Shown here one piece after another: positions 22,911-35,824 of a DNA stretch of 64,000 bases (position 1 is the stretch's first letter; every line of letters starts with the position of its first letter). Source of the DNA: Hemiscyllium ocellatum (taxonomy: Eukaryota); assembly GCF_020745735.1 (NCBI RefSeq), contig NC_083442.1, forward strand, positions 29,861,562-29,925,561, given 5' to 3'. Position numbers and translations under genes: made by a program. The notes below the pieces were generated by a model that had not been told where the DNA came from, did no database searches, and saw only the letters and a program-made list of their open reading frames with translations.

Positions 22911-24548
22911 GATTGATAGACCTTTTCAATTCAAGGATCCCATAGATGCTCGTTCCAATCACTACAGGCGTGGCTTTCAATCTGGGATTGGGTAGTTATC
23001 TGTAGGGAGGAAAGTTGGCAGGTAAATGGAGAAAGGGCGAGGGAGTGGGACTGACTGAGTTGCTTTGCAGAGTGCTGTTATGGCCAAGATGGGCTGAATG
23101 GCCTCCTCCTGAGCTGCACCCATTCTGTGGTTATGTTTCATATGCATCAAGAAAGTGAATGCCATCTTGCGGTTCAGTTGTTGGGAGTGGCAAATGAAGT
23201 GAATCTGACCCTGTCCTGCCAACATGCTTGTGCATCTTTTAAGCAGAAATTTCAAGTTTGCCCTTCAGTGATGAGTTCCCAAGCTAATTGTTATTACAAC
23301 ATGGTTTGCTGAACTGTCCACCAAACTTCACACCTTCCAGTGGGAAACGATGGTGCATGTTTTATCAAACATATATTAGTTTGTTGCATAAACTGTGTTG
23401 AAATTTTATGATCTGCAATAAAACTTCCTGCACTTTGGAAGTTTGAAAGTCCTTGAGTTTGCCTAACCTGCTTGTTTGCGAAAATGACTTGGACCCATAG
23501 CAATGCTGAATGTAAAATCCAGGACTTATCCTTGCTCTAATCATACTTGTTGTGTAATTTGAATGTTTGACTAGACAATATTTACAACTTTGTATTCTGG
23601 TGGAAGGTACAGATTGTCCACTGCATTGCCTCAAGGAGACAAAGGGTTTCAATACATTGCAACTTGTGGTCATTATCCATTCTGATGCTCAGTAAACCAG
23701 CTGAGTAATTGCAATGGAAATGTGGAACTGCATTCGGTATGGCAGCAATTGCATGTCATAATTGGTTATCTGACATTTGAGCACAAGCACATGGTTTTAA
23801 TACACATCTCACCAGATTCTGATCTGCAAAAGGTTAAGTTTTCAGTTGTGCTGTCCAGTCTTTCATGGAGCAATTTCTCAAAAGTTAAATGACTTTACAG
23901 CCCAACGCTGACAAACCATCTGTGGATATTTTCCTCAAGCTGGACTACAACATGATAATCTCTCAAACTCGGAAAGTCTGGTCCATTCCCCTGTGTTCTC
24001 TAACTTGAGGTGGGAAACGTGACGTTCTGTTTATTTTATGCTATTCAGTTTCACAGCCCAACTTAAACACAATCGCCTTCTGTATGTGTGTTTGGGACAA
24101 GCTGTCAAAGTGCTGAACTAAGTTGCTAACATTTATAAAAGGGATATGCTGTTAGACAAAGTAATTGAACATTTTATGAATATTTTGAGGGGTAAAATGG
24201 GTTATGCCAGTAATATTCTTGAGAATTCTATACTTAGGATTAAATGCATGTAATAATATCTTACAAATACATTGTCCATTGTATTGCCTGTGCTCAGTTG
24301 ATGCACACATGTTTTTTGTGTGAAAAGTTGGCAACAGAGATTTCAGAAACCTAGTGGCCAGACCTTACATTTTATATCATTGTTTATACACAGAGTTTCC
24401 ATTCTAAATGTTTACACAGGCAGTTTCAATGCTAAACATTGACATAAAAGCATGACCAAAGGTTGATCTTTTCGCTAAAGAAAATACTTTATTGCCTCAG
24501 TTTTTGTGACTTTGAATTTATCGCCTGGTTAATAATTTGTTTTTTCAG

Positions 24549-24716
24549 ACACTCCTATGGGATGTGGCACACAGAGACCTCTTGAGGTGGAAGATGGAAT
24601 TGCAGGGTTTGTTCTGCTCCTGCCCAAAATTGATGGAGTGACAGTCAAACGCTTTCACTTGTCGAACAAAGATTTGAACAATAACGTGTTTGATCAACAA
24701 AAACTCCAAGAGGCAG
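24549..24716 (+). CDS. FBXO22: FBXO22 exon 5 (FIST domain; ends at a GC donor)
   Basis: tttcag|AC; TPMGCGTQRPLEVEDGIAGFVLLLPKIDGVTVKRFHL...KLQEA G|gcaagt; frame-compatible with exon 6. Confidence 0.9.
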
Positions 24717-27700
24717 GCAAGTTTTCTCTCTGACCACCCTTGTCCACTGTTGGGATAAAGCTAAAATCGTGTACGAAACACTCGGAGCTTATTCAATTTT
24801 TTGCACACAAAGGGAATTGAGGTTTTGTGGGATGTGGTGAGAGGGTGAAGTTGAGATGGAAGAATGCCAATGATTGTATTGAATAGCCGAATAGGCTGGA
24901 ATGGCTGTATGACCAATGCCTGCTCCTTTTTAATTATCATGGGTTAAATTGGGGTTTAGAGATATTTTATGCTTCGGGGTGGTTTCTATATTTGAAGTGC
25001 TGTTAACAAAGAACACGGATTTTGTTACAAGTCAATAATTGAGCAGTTGACAAGGAAATGCAACTTTTTAAACTAAAAAGTACTTGAGAATTTAGTTTTG
25101 ACTAGCTAATAAACTTTGTCTTAAGAATTGTTTTCAGTCAACCTGTCCTGACATGTTATGACACACCTCTGGGGCAGGTGGGACTTGAAGCCAGATCTTC
25201 TGGCACAGAGGTAGAGACACTGTCAACTGAGGTTTTGACTGCTGCCAAGATCTGCTGAGTTTGCCCAGCTTTCTCTGTGCTTATTTTGGATTCTTACACC
25301 ACAAGAGTCCCTGAGAACACTGTCTAATTTGACAATAATTGAATGTGCTGAATCCATTGGATTCTGTTTCTTAATGAGGGACTTTGATTGTTGCTTGGTA
25401 ACTGGAAATTGACTTTAGTTTGTAAGCCAGCAGCTCCAGCTTTAGTACTGTCTATTATCATGCTGGGTTAGCTGTAGGATGGGCTCATTGCTTCATTGAA
25501 GAATTTGCAGTTGCAATGCACTTGTAAATATAAGAACATTAAATGATGCAGGTGTAGGTCACATAGCCTGAGCTTGTTCTGCTGTTCAGTAAGATCCTGG
25601 CTGAGTTTGCACTCATCAGATCCCCACAATTCCTCAATCCCCTTTAGTGCACAAAAATGATCACTCCGTTTTGAATATACTCAGTGGCTGAGCAGCCAAA
25701 GTCTCTGAGAGAAACAGATAGTTTACAATCCACAGAGTGAGAAAGTTTCTTCTGATCACAGGGCTGATCCCCATTTCCTTTGACTATGACGTACAACTCC
25801 AGGATGTGAAAGTTTTAGGCTTTGTTTTTGGTAAAAGGAGTCACGGGAACCCGTAGGAATAGACAGTTAGGATCTGGAATGCACTGCCAGAGAGTGTGGC
25901 GGAAGCAGTTAAAATTGAGGTCTTCAAAGAGGAATTGGATTATTACCCGATTGGGGGGGGGACTTGCAAAGTTATGTGCAAGAGGTGGAGAAGTGAGACT
26001 TGGTGAGTTATTCTTACAGAGAAGGGCTGAATGGCCTCACTCTGCTTCAACCATTCAGCTATTCATCTTTGTCAATGTTTGCCAAAGCATTTATTGATTT
26101 TTAATCTTCAATTTATGTTGTGAACTTTTCAAAAAGTGTGTAATTTTTTTGCAGTTAATAAAGCATATTACATCTCGTTCTATGCTACTACAAGATTTTA
26201 GATTCTCATAATTAAACTTGTAATTTAGTGTTTGAACTGTTGTCACATTTTACTCACTGTATACTTGAGCTTAGTGTGCATGCTTTACTCCCACAGTGGG
26301 TGGTTGGAAGGGAAAGAGACTAATATTGGAATATTTAGGCTGCTTTGGATCCACTGTGACTGCAGCAAGTCATCCATCATTGAAATGAGGCTTCTATTTC
26401 CTGCCAGCATAGCTCGTGAAGCTCTTCACAAGGAACTTTCACAGCAAGAGTATTTCCAAATAAAGATGTTACAGTTTAAACACAGAAGGCATGTTATTGC
26501 TAAAAGCAAAAAGTCCTGGGATGGAAGTTGACTTTAGCAATGGATGTAAAGCCTTAAAAGTTTTGTTGACTGTACATCCGATAGCTCGTAGGCAGATGTA
26601 AATTTCGACTGCATCACTTTTGAGTACAATCCATGCAGCACAGTAAAATGGAGGTAAAGATAGTAAATGAATTTAGAATTGCTAAATATTATCTGTTATG
26701 TATACACCTCCAAAGGAAGAAGCAAGAGCTGGTTTGTCTTCTTTATAGGTTTGTTTATTTACAGTACTGTGTACTGAGTAAGTGCAGACTGCTTTTCCCT
26801 CCACGCACCAGCACCCTCCCAGTTGGAATTGGATTCTTGTATTTTTAGTCAGCTGGTTTGAATGTTTTTTGATATGCTTCTGTGGGTGTCATATCTTGAA
26901 GTGTGACACTACAATGTGCTACAGGACCCAAGGTAAACTACTGTTTCTGATATGCACCCTATGTTTTCTAAGTGGGTATCAGCTGCTCATATGTGCTTAA
27001 TGGACACAGCATTTGCAGCATGAGCGTTATCTCTTATTTAAATAAGGTCCAAGGTTGACCTGGACATGCAGCTTGTTGCTGTACTTACCCTGAGTATTGT
27101 AACAAATACTCCTTTCAAATTTTCACTTGATGTACTCTGTACTACTTCTCGAACAAAGCTCCAAGCCATTTCTCTATGAAGTGGTGTCCAGGGATTGGAT
27201 CAATGGAGATGAGTCACAGACCACCAGAAAGCATGGTGGTAGAGGCCAGTATGGTTTAGCGTCCTGCTTCAGGATATGATGCCACAGAGGCATATCAAAA
27301 CATATCCAAACCAGTTGATTAAAAAGAAAAGAACCCAACTCCAGCTGGGAGGATATTGGTGTTTGGAGGGAAAAGCAGTCTGCAACTATGATGTAATTAA
27401 AAGCACACCCCTTTTGTGGGTTGCCAGGCAGGCTTACGTACTGGCACCTGCGAGTAGGTGCTGTTTTAGGTTGACTCTCACCTGACCTCTGTGTGTTGCG
27501 TTTTCAGCAAAGGGTGCAGTTCGGAGCACAGCTGTTGCTGACTTTTTTGACCCTACTCTGGGTATTGGAGCTCATTATATAGCCTGCTTGTTGCCATTGC
27601 TGCTGTGATCGGTCAACTCATCTCGGATCACTGAATGAACAACTACTTTGGTTCACATTGGTATAGAGAAATTCGGATGCATCATTTTATAGCAAGCTTG

Positions 27701-30409
27701 TTTAATAGCTGACCCTCTTTCACATCCTTTTGCAACGAGTAGTTACTCATAACCCTGAAGGGTCAATTACAACAAATCAACTATGATATCCCTGTTGCAA
27801 AAATTGTTCCTATGTCTGATTTCCATTCATAATACATTTAAATGGATCTAATTGTATTTGCAACTTAGAGAATGATAGTCAGTAGTATTGCAGAGCAAAA
27901 TTTTGTAAAGACTCTTAATGTATAATAAGTGCTGGTGATTGAATGTCTAGCCCATTTACAGGGTTTTGTCAGACTTAATGTGGAAAACTCTAATTTGTTA
28001 GCAAGCTCTTTTGATATGCCTTCCAGACGTTGCACAGACTGGCTCATGACCTTATGGGGCCTGTACTTTGTTTCCTGCCTAGATGGCAAGTTGAAGGCAT
28101 CTTGCTTTTTGCTCTTTTGACTGCTGTTAAATGTATTCAGTGGAATATTTGGACAGTCTTAAATTAATCTCCAGGGTCTGCTTTACCAATGTTCCATCCA
28201 CTCCACAACTGAGTTGGCAGTCTAGGCTTGTCATGTAATGTAATCAAGTATTTTGACAAACAAGGTAAAAGTGCTTCACCAGTCCTCTTGGGTTATTGAT
28301 TACCGAATCCTTGCAATGTAGAAAGAGGCCATTTGGCCCATTTACATTGTGCTGACTCTCCAAATGAGCAAATCAATTAATACCAAACCCTACAAGCTGG
28401 CATGTTCTTCCTTTCCAGATGACTGTCTAATTCCCTTTTAAGTGCTTCAGCCTCCACCACACACTCAGACAGTGCATGCCAGATTTTAATCACTTGCAAT
28501 GGGAAACCACTTCATATCATGTTTGCTTCTTGTGGAATTACGTTAAATCTGTGCCTTCTCATTCCCTGATTCTTTCAGTACTGTGAACGGCTTCTACTTC
28601 CTCACCCTGTCCTGACCCTTCATGTTTTGAATATCTTCTTGGCTGTCTGTTCTCTCAGGAATATAGTCCTTACCCCTCCAATCTATCTTCATTGGAAACG
28701 CTAGTGTTGATCGTTTTGCACCCTTTTTCATGCTTTCTTGTCCTTCCTAAAGCCTAGACTGGACACACTAACTAGCTGAGGGTCAACCAATGTTTTATAC
28801 AACTTCAACGTAACCTCTTTGTTCCTGTACCTTTTGCCTTCATTAATCGTTTTCTCAACATGTACTGTCATGTTCAAAGACCGACATACATGCATCCAGA
28901 TCAGGCTTGTGACTTTAACAGCTAGGTATCAGTGAACTGCTTTTGGGAAGGAGAGTAAACAAAACATACCATTGTTAGGTCTTTGGGAAGCATGTTGTTG
29001 CTTTATGTCAGTAAATTACTTTTTACTTTTGTTTGCGTGTTGCTGGCGTTGCAATTTGTATCCATCCTTCGTAACTGGAGTTCTGAGAAAGGGTCACTGG
29101 ACCAAAACATTAACTCTGATTTCTCTCCACAGATGCTGCCAGACCTGCTGAGCTTTCTCCTGCCATTTCCGTTTTTTTTTTCTGATTTTTCATCAGTTTT
29201 CGGTTTTTATATTTTTGAAATATCAAGTTGAGAGCAGTGGGAGCTGGCATGAAAGAAGAGTTGAGGTCCAGAGGGGAACAGCCATGATGTATTTCAAAGT
29301 TAGGAAGGTGTGATGTTAAGGTGATAATGTGCTCTTGATTTTGCCACTCTTGTCCCTTTGTGTGGTAATATCGGAAGGATTTGAAGGCGTCCTGCTTTTC
29401 AGTGGAGTTGTTGTTTTATAGGCAGAGATGAATGCCATTTAGAATCATAGAGATGTACAGCACGTAAACAGAACCTTTGATCCAAATTGTTCATGCCGAC
29501 CAGATATTCTAATCTAATCTAGTCCCATTTGCCAACACTTGGCCCATATCTCTCTAAACCCTTCCTATTCATGTCCCCATCCAGATGCCGTTTAAATGCT
29601 GTAATTGTACCAGCGTCCACCACTTTCTCTGGCAGCTCATTCCATACAATGAAGTTTCATAGCTTCCTAACGTTTTACTGCTTTTCCTTTCTTTTTAAAT
29701 GCGATTTGGTATCTGATCTGTTACCACTGGATGGTGCTGCATTAACACTTCGTGTTGTATTGTTCTGTGCCTAAACTGAGAATTATTGCATAGGATTTAT
29801 AGTGAAACTCTGAGAAAGATTCAATCAACATTAAAATTTGTTTCAGTGTACTGGTCCATTACAATGCTTTCCACGAGCAAAGTTTAGGGACTAGAATGAG
29901 TTTAGTGATATTGCTCTGTGATTTTGTTGGGATTTTGGTTTGTAGAAACCTTTGTGTCAAATTGACTCCCATGAAAGTTGTTGACAGCTTCTTGGCTGTC
30001 ATCTTATAGAAGGGAAAATAAATATTGCATTTGTATAGGGCTTCATTGCATCTTTTAAAACCTTTTTCACAAATGATGAATAGCTTTGAAGTGCTGTCAT
30101 GGTTACGTAACACATTCGCAGCCAGTTGGAATCTTATCTGTAAAGGATAAAAAGTGGAGTCTGTATTGCTGTATCTAGTGTAAATGAAATGAAAAGAAAG
30201 TGTATGCTAATAGTGTCTTCAAACTGCATGTAAATGAGCCAAAACTAGCATCTTTTAATTTGATACAAAAACATAATGAGTTCCCTGGTGGAAATAATTC
30301 CAGATTTGCTTTTACTGTTGGATATGCCTATAAGAAAATCTCATCCCATAGCCAGGGCACATTGAGGATGTGTAGGGATAGCTTTATTACTCTTTCTTTC
30401 CTCTCTCAG

Positions 30410-30575
30410 GTCTTCAGGATAACCCTGACTTGCGTGTTGTCTTCCTGTTTGGATACAACACCTTTAAACCCGCAGCTGCAGACTTCATTCAGCGTCTCAC
30501 AAAGCCATTCAATGTGAACAACACTATTGTTATTGGGGGACACATTGACCAAGTGGTTTCGCCTAGTTCTGAAAG
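30410..30575 (+). CDS. FBXO22: FBXO22 exon 6
   Basis: ctctcag|GT; LQDNPDLRVVFLFGYN...IVIGGHIDQVVSPSSE; AG|gtaggt; matches LLDNPELRVVLVFGYN. Confidence 0.92.
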
Positions 30576-32469
30576 GTAGGTGCCCATACGAATGAATCTT
30601 TATCCGGACACGTACCTTGTTAACACTGGGGAGAAATGCTTCTGTGCTTTCTTCCCACATTTAATTCATTCCACAACTCTGAATGATTTATCTGTCCATC
30701 AAGCTGGCTCCCTGCAGTATAATTAAGCTCTCCTCTACCACATTGCCATGTAACTGTATGCTCCTGGATTGCAGTAAAAAAATTGCAAATCAGTTTCCCC
30801 CTAAAGCCCAGAGGTAAATGCACCACTTGACGTGTAAGTGAGCCCTGGAGACAACGGAAGTCTTGGATCTATTCCATGTTGTGTGCTGAACTAGTTATTC
30901 TTGGGGAGGAAGGTTACTCATTGTCTTTGGCAGAGACGGGGGTAAAGTCATCAAGGATCCCTGTGTTATTTCACGAGCTATTGTTAGAAGTACATTTCTG
31001 CACAGAGGGAAAAGTGAGAAAGTAGTTAACAAGGCACACAAAGTCCTTGACTTCATAATTAGAGTTGTGGAGTATAAAGGCAAAGAAGTTATAGTGAATC
31101 TTTACAAAGCATTGATGTGTTCTCAACTAAAGTATTGCATCCAATTTGGGCCCCACACCTAAAGGAGGATATGGATGTTTTAGAAAGAATGCAGAAATGA
31201 TTGGCGAGAATCATTCCAGGCATTAGGGCCTTCACTTACATGAATTTGTTGGAGAAGCTGGAGTTTGATTAGATTGGATTAGATTCCCTGGTCGGCCCAA
31301 CCAGTCCATACCGACCCGCCGAAGAGTAACCCACCCTCTGACTAATACACCTAGCACTATGGGCAATTTAGCCTGGCCAATTCACCTGACCTGCACACCT
31401 TTGGACTATGGGAGGAAACCGGAGCACCCGGAGGAAACCCACACAGACGTGGGGAGAACGTGCAAACGAGTTGTTCTAATTAAAGAAGAGAAGGTCAAAA
31501 TTAAATTTAAAGAGACATGTTCAAAGTTCTTCCAAAGTTGGCAAAGAGTAGATAGAGAGAAACTTCCTATTGATGGTAGGGTCATGACCCAGAGGTTAAA
31601 GATTTTGAGCATTCAGCAAAAGGATCAAAGTTGGCATGCGAGTAAAGCTGTTTACCTATCACTTGGTTACAAACTGAAGCACACTGTCAGAAGCATTGGA
31701 GTCTGATTCTTTCACAACTTTCAAAAAAATTGGGAAAACATCTGAAGTGAAGAAACCTGCAGAGAACGGAATTGCTTAAATTGCTGTTGTGGAGAGCTGG
31801 TGTGATCTCAATGTCCCAAATGGTCCCCTGTTCTATAACCATTTTATATGTGATGATTGGATGAGGTAGTTTAGCAGAAATATAAGAAATTTCAAGTCCT
31901 TAGCATCTGCATCAAGTGAAATACATTGTTTTAAAAATATGATTAAACTAGGTTAGATGTCATACAAGGAGAAGTACCGATTAAGAACTTCCTTAAATCA
32001 CTATCCAGGTCATTCAATTGAAACAATCTTTGCAAGTGACTAAATTGTGGGAATTTGATGGACCATCTATGTTCCCTTTCAGCTCTCAATGATTTGATGT
32101 TGCAATCTTACAGCATTGACAGTTTCATGAAGTTAAAGATGAGTTAATGCACAATACCAAATATATTGGAAAACCACTTGTATTTATTGACAGAAAAAGT
32201 AAAATGTACTGCTGATTCTGGAAATCCAAAACCAAAATAAAAGCCTTTAGATATACAGGGCAGGTCAGTCAGCATCGTACTGGAGAGAAGCACAGTTAAT
32301 ATTTCACATTGATAAATGTTCAGAACTTTTACATACTTTTTTTTTTAATCACACAGTTCAAATCTCCTGTGATGCTTTGACAATAGTTGTTGTAGGACAG
32401 GGGCTATTGCACATGCAGAAAAGTGCAAGCCATTCTGCGCCAGCAACATCTCATCTGGTTAAGACAGTC

Positions 32470-32980
32470 ATACAGTCATTCAGCACAGAAACAGATCGTT
32501 TGTTTGACATGGATTGATTGGACCATCATTCCCAGCTAAACTAGTCCCACCTGCCTGCTTCTGGCCCATAACCTTCCAAATCTTTCTTATTCATGTACTT
32601 CTCCAAGTGTCTGTCAAATGTTGCAATTGTGCTCACATCTACCACTTCCTCAGGAAGTTCATTCCATACATGAACTACCCTTTGTGTAAAAGGTGTGCCC
32701 CTCATATCTTATAAAATCTCTCTCATCTCATCTTAAAAATGTGCCCCCTCATATTGAAATCCCCCATCCTAGGGAAAAGATACATGCCATTAACCCCATC
32801 TATAACCCTCATGATTTTAAAGACTTCTGTACGGTCACCTCTCAACTTCCTACTCTCCAGTGAAATAAGTACCAGCCTCTCCAGCCTTTCTTTATAACTC
32901 AAAAACTTTGCATATCTGGCAGCATCCTGATAAATCTCTTCTGAGCTCTCTCCACCTTCATCATGTCCTTCCTATATTGG
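32470..32980 (-). mobile_element. CR1/HER1 LINE 3' fragment
   Basis: Reverse-strand ORF2 C-terminus and 3' UTR; ORF 32899-33084 ends in ERAQKRFIRMLP. Confidence 0.75.
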
Positions 32981-33034
32981 TGACTTTTTTTTTGCAGCAG
33001 GTGCAGCTGAGAGAACCCCATAGTGTCTATAAAA

Positions 33035-33131
33035 ACAGAGCTGAAAATGTGTTGCTGGTTAAAGCACAGCAGGTTAGGCAGCATCCAAGGAACAGGAAAT
33101 TCGATGTTTCGGGCCAGAGCCCTTCATCAGG
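33035..33131 (-). mobile_element. Family A' short element with a hammerhead core
   Basis: Minus-strand CUGAUGAA-GGGC-UCUG-GCCC-GAAACAUC at 33103-33130; closely similar to 12095-12185. Confidence 0.75.
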
Positions 33132-35003
33132 ACAAAGAGTGATGCTACTGCTGTCACATCCAAAGCTTGATGTATGCAGAGTGATGGCATTGTTCCTGGT
33201 ATTTCTTTAATGTCCACGCTGCGTGAAAAATGTTCCATGTGTACAGGAGCAGTCCTTGAACGTAGGTGCAATAGAGAGTTCAGTATTTGGAATGATTGCT
33301 TTGGCACAGTTTAAAGAATTGGGTTTAATTGTTTTGGTGTATTTATGTGACTGTTCCTGTCAGTCAGGATGAATGTATCTACTTTGTGTTCTCTTGATTA
33401 AAGTGATAATCTGCCCTTGTCTGCTCACCAGTAAGTCATCATCATTAAAAAAAAAGACTTCACTGTGTTTTGACTCTCATCTTGGAGGAGGAAAGCCCTA
33501 ATGGCATTTGTTTCAGTACAAAGTGTTTTCCCATCCAGCCTTAATCATTTCAAAAGGTATGTTCCTCATTTCATGTGGGTGGTGCCATCATCATTTTTAA
33601 TATCAAATGCCAATTAGAGAGTAAAATGAGTCAGCACTGTGAAAACCAGGAACTCCCAGTTGATGAAACAAATTGTACAGTGCACAACCAGGTAAGCAGC
33701 TAGTCCAAAGATATGAAGGATCAAAGAGAGGTAAAACATGGAGGATAAATTACTGTCTTACTAATAAGCAGCGAAGTCTATTTCTCTTCCTAATTAGAAA
33801 TCCACTAACTAAATCGCCTAAGAAGTTCCACATTTCAGAGCCATATGTTCGAGTGATTTTGTTCGCAGGTTGTTAATCATTGGAGAGTCATGCTTTGGGT
33901 TTATTTTAGTTTCTAGCCCACCTGGGCTCAGCTGTAAATGTTTTTCTTTTCATCCAATTTACAAATTCGACAGAACTAACACCCACAGAGAGAAGGAAAG
34001 CACTTAATTATAATTCAATCCTCTTACCTGTCCATTCCTGAGGTGACTAAATTAAACAAATAATTTAAACCATAAAATGGTTCTTAAAGCTGTCTTCTGC
34101 CACCTGATTTGTTCTTGTGAATTTTATGTTGATTTAAGGTGAGAGATGTTCAGAGGAATGAGTTGTTAAATTTTAGGAAAAGCAGGTCGTAATTAATTAC
34201 TGTCAAATTGGGCATAATTTAGATTCGGATAGTTCTCCCTCTTTTCCCGAAACAATATGTCTTAGTCCTAACCCTAAATGAGTCTCAGTTGTTTCACTAG
34301 TGGGCGTTATCCATTCAGGATGGTTTTGCACTTTAAATTGAGGGATGATAGACATAGGACAGATATCAGAGGTAGTTCCTTTACACAGAGAGTAGTAGGA
34401 GCGTGGAACACCCTGCCTGCAACAGGAGTAGACTTGCCAACTTTAAATTTAAATGCCATTGGATAAACATGTGGATGAAAATAGAATCGTGTAGGGTAGA
34501 TTTGCTTCAGAGTGGTTCCACAGGTTGGCGCAACATCGTGGGCCGAAAGACCTGTACTGCTCTGTAATATTGTGTTCTGTGACCACCTTGTTTTAAGGTG
34601 GACTTTTGCAGTTAGCAGATAAGACACTTTCATCCCCTAATTCAGGTGTGATTCTAATTCTGATCTCAGAGGTGAAAGGCTCCCAATCTAAGCTATAGCA
34701 GTCCTTTGCTCCCATATTATTTCTGTAAACATGCCATTTCCCGTAAGCTTCATTTTGGAAATATAGTGATGTATAAGCATTTAGACATTACAGAGCTATT
34801 TTACATTCTTGTGCTTTAAGGGCAAATATTCATCCTATTCTGTTCCATTGAAAATGCAGAAAGTTATTCCTGTTGCCTAGAAACTAGCTGATTGACTGAG
34901 CAATCTTTCTCAATGTTTTACTTTCATTACCCCCCCCTTTCCCATTTCTCCCCACCCCCCCCCCCCCACCCCCACCCCGTCCCCCCAAAATAAACCTTTC
35001 TAG

Positions 35004-35421
35004 TATCGACGTACACTACATGTATGGTTTTGTTGGCCTATCATTAAGTGGAAGATCGATCCAGGCAGCATCTATCCTCCTGGATGAGGATGTAGAGACG
35101 CCCAAAAGTGCTGAAGCAGCGATGCAGCGTCTCAAAGCAGCCAACATACCCGAGGTCAACACAGTAGGCTTCATGTTTGCCTGCATCGGACGGGGTCAGA
35201 ACTATTACTCCAACAAGGAAAACGTGGAAGCAGATGCCTTCAGGAAGCAGTTTCCTGGCATTCCATTATTCGGTTTTTTTGGAAATGGAGAGATTGGCTG
35301 TGATCGCATTGTGACTGAAAACTTCTCCCTGAGGGAGTGTGGCAACTCTTTAGATGGCGATGAGTTGCTTCATGGATACACTACAGTGATCGCGCTTGTC
35401 CATCTGGGACCTGTGAAATAA
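35004..35421 (+). CDS. FBXO22: FBXO22 exon 7 (FIST-C domain, terminal)
   Basis: ttctag|T; [28 protein letters not shown]....[30 protein letters not shown] ... TAA. The joined CDS is 1206 nt = 401 aa. Confidence 0.96.
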
Positions 35422-35818
35422 AAAAAAACTCTTCAAGAGGCTCGAAAATTGGGCCCATGGTATACAAAGATGCATACCTGTTGTAGGATTGTCTCCATTA
35501 TTTTGAAACAACATTGTTCTAATGGACTAAGCAAATTTGCAGAGTGGGTTCATATAATTCGGGCTCTGATGGCACAGTCTAAGTTAAAGTTGCACCTGCT
35601 GTAGACATGTGACAACCTTTCTGAACAGGAGGGGGCTGATTAAAAGTAAATGGGCTCATGTTTGAGCTAAGTGATCGACCCAAACAATTCTCTTGTGTCT
35701 CAATAGAACAGGAGGTGAAACTGGGCTTTTGGGTGTCATCAATTTAATTGATTCATAGCTTTTTGACATGATTTTGATTTTGCTTTTTATTACACACTGG
35801 AATGCAGAACTAATCATG

Positions 35819-35824
35819 AATAAA
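35819..35824 (+). promoter_or_regulatory. Candidate FBXO22 polyadenylation signal
   Basis: AATAAA about 400 nt after the stop codon, followed by T/GT-rich sequence; a second AATAAA lies at about 35955. Confidence 0.55.

Noticed and set aside
35417-35429. AATAAA overlapping the FBXO22 stop codon followed by an A-run (retrocopy-like)
   Set aside because: The gene has six introns and better polyA signals downstream; probably coincidental, and a possible oligo-dT internal priming site.
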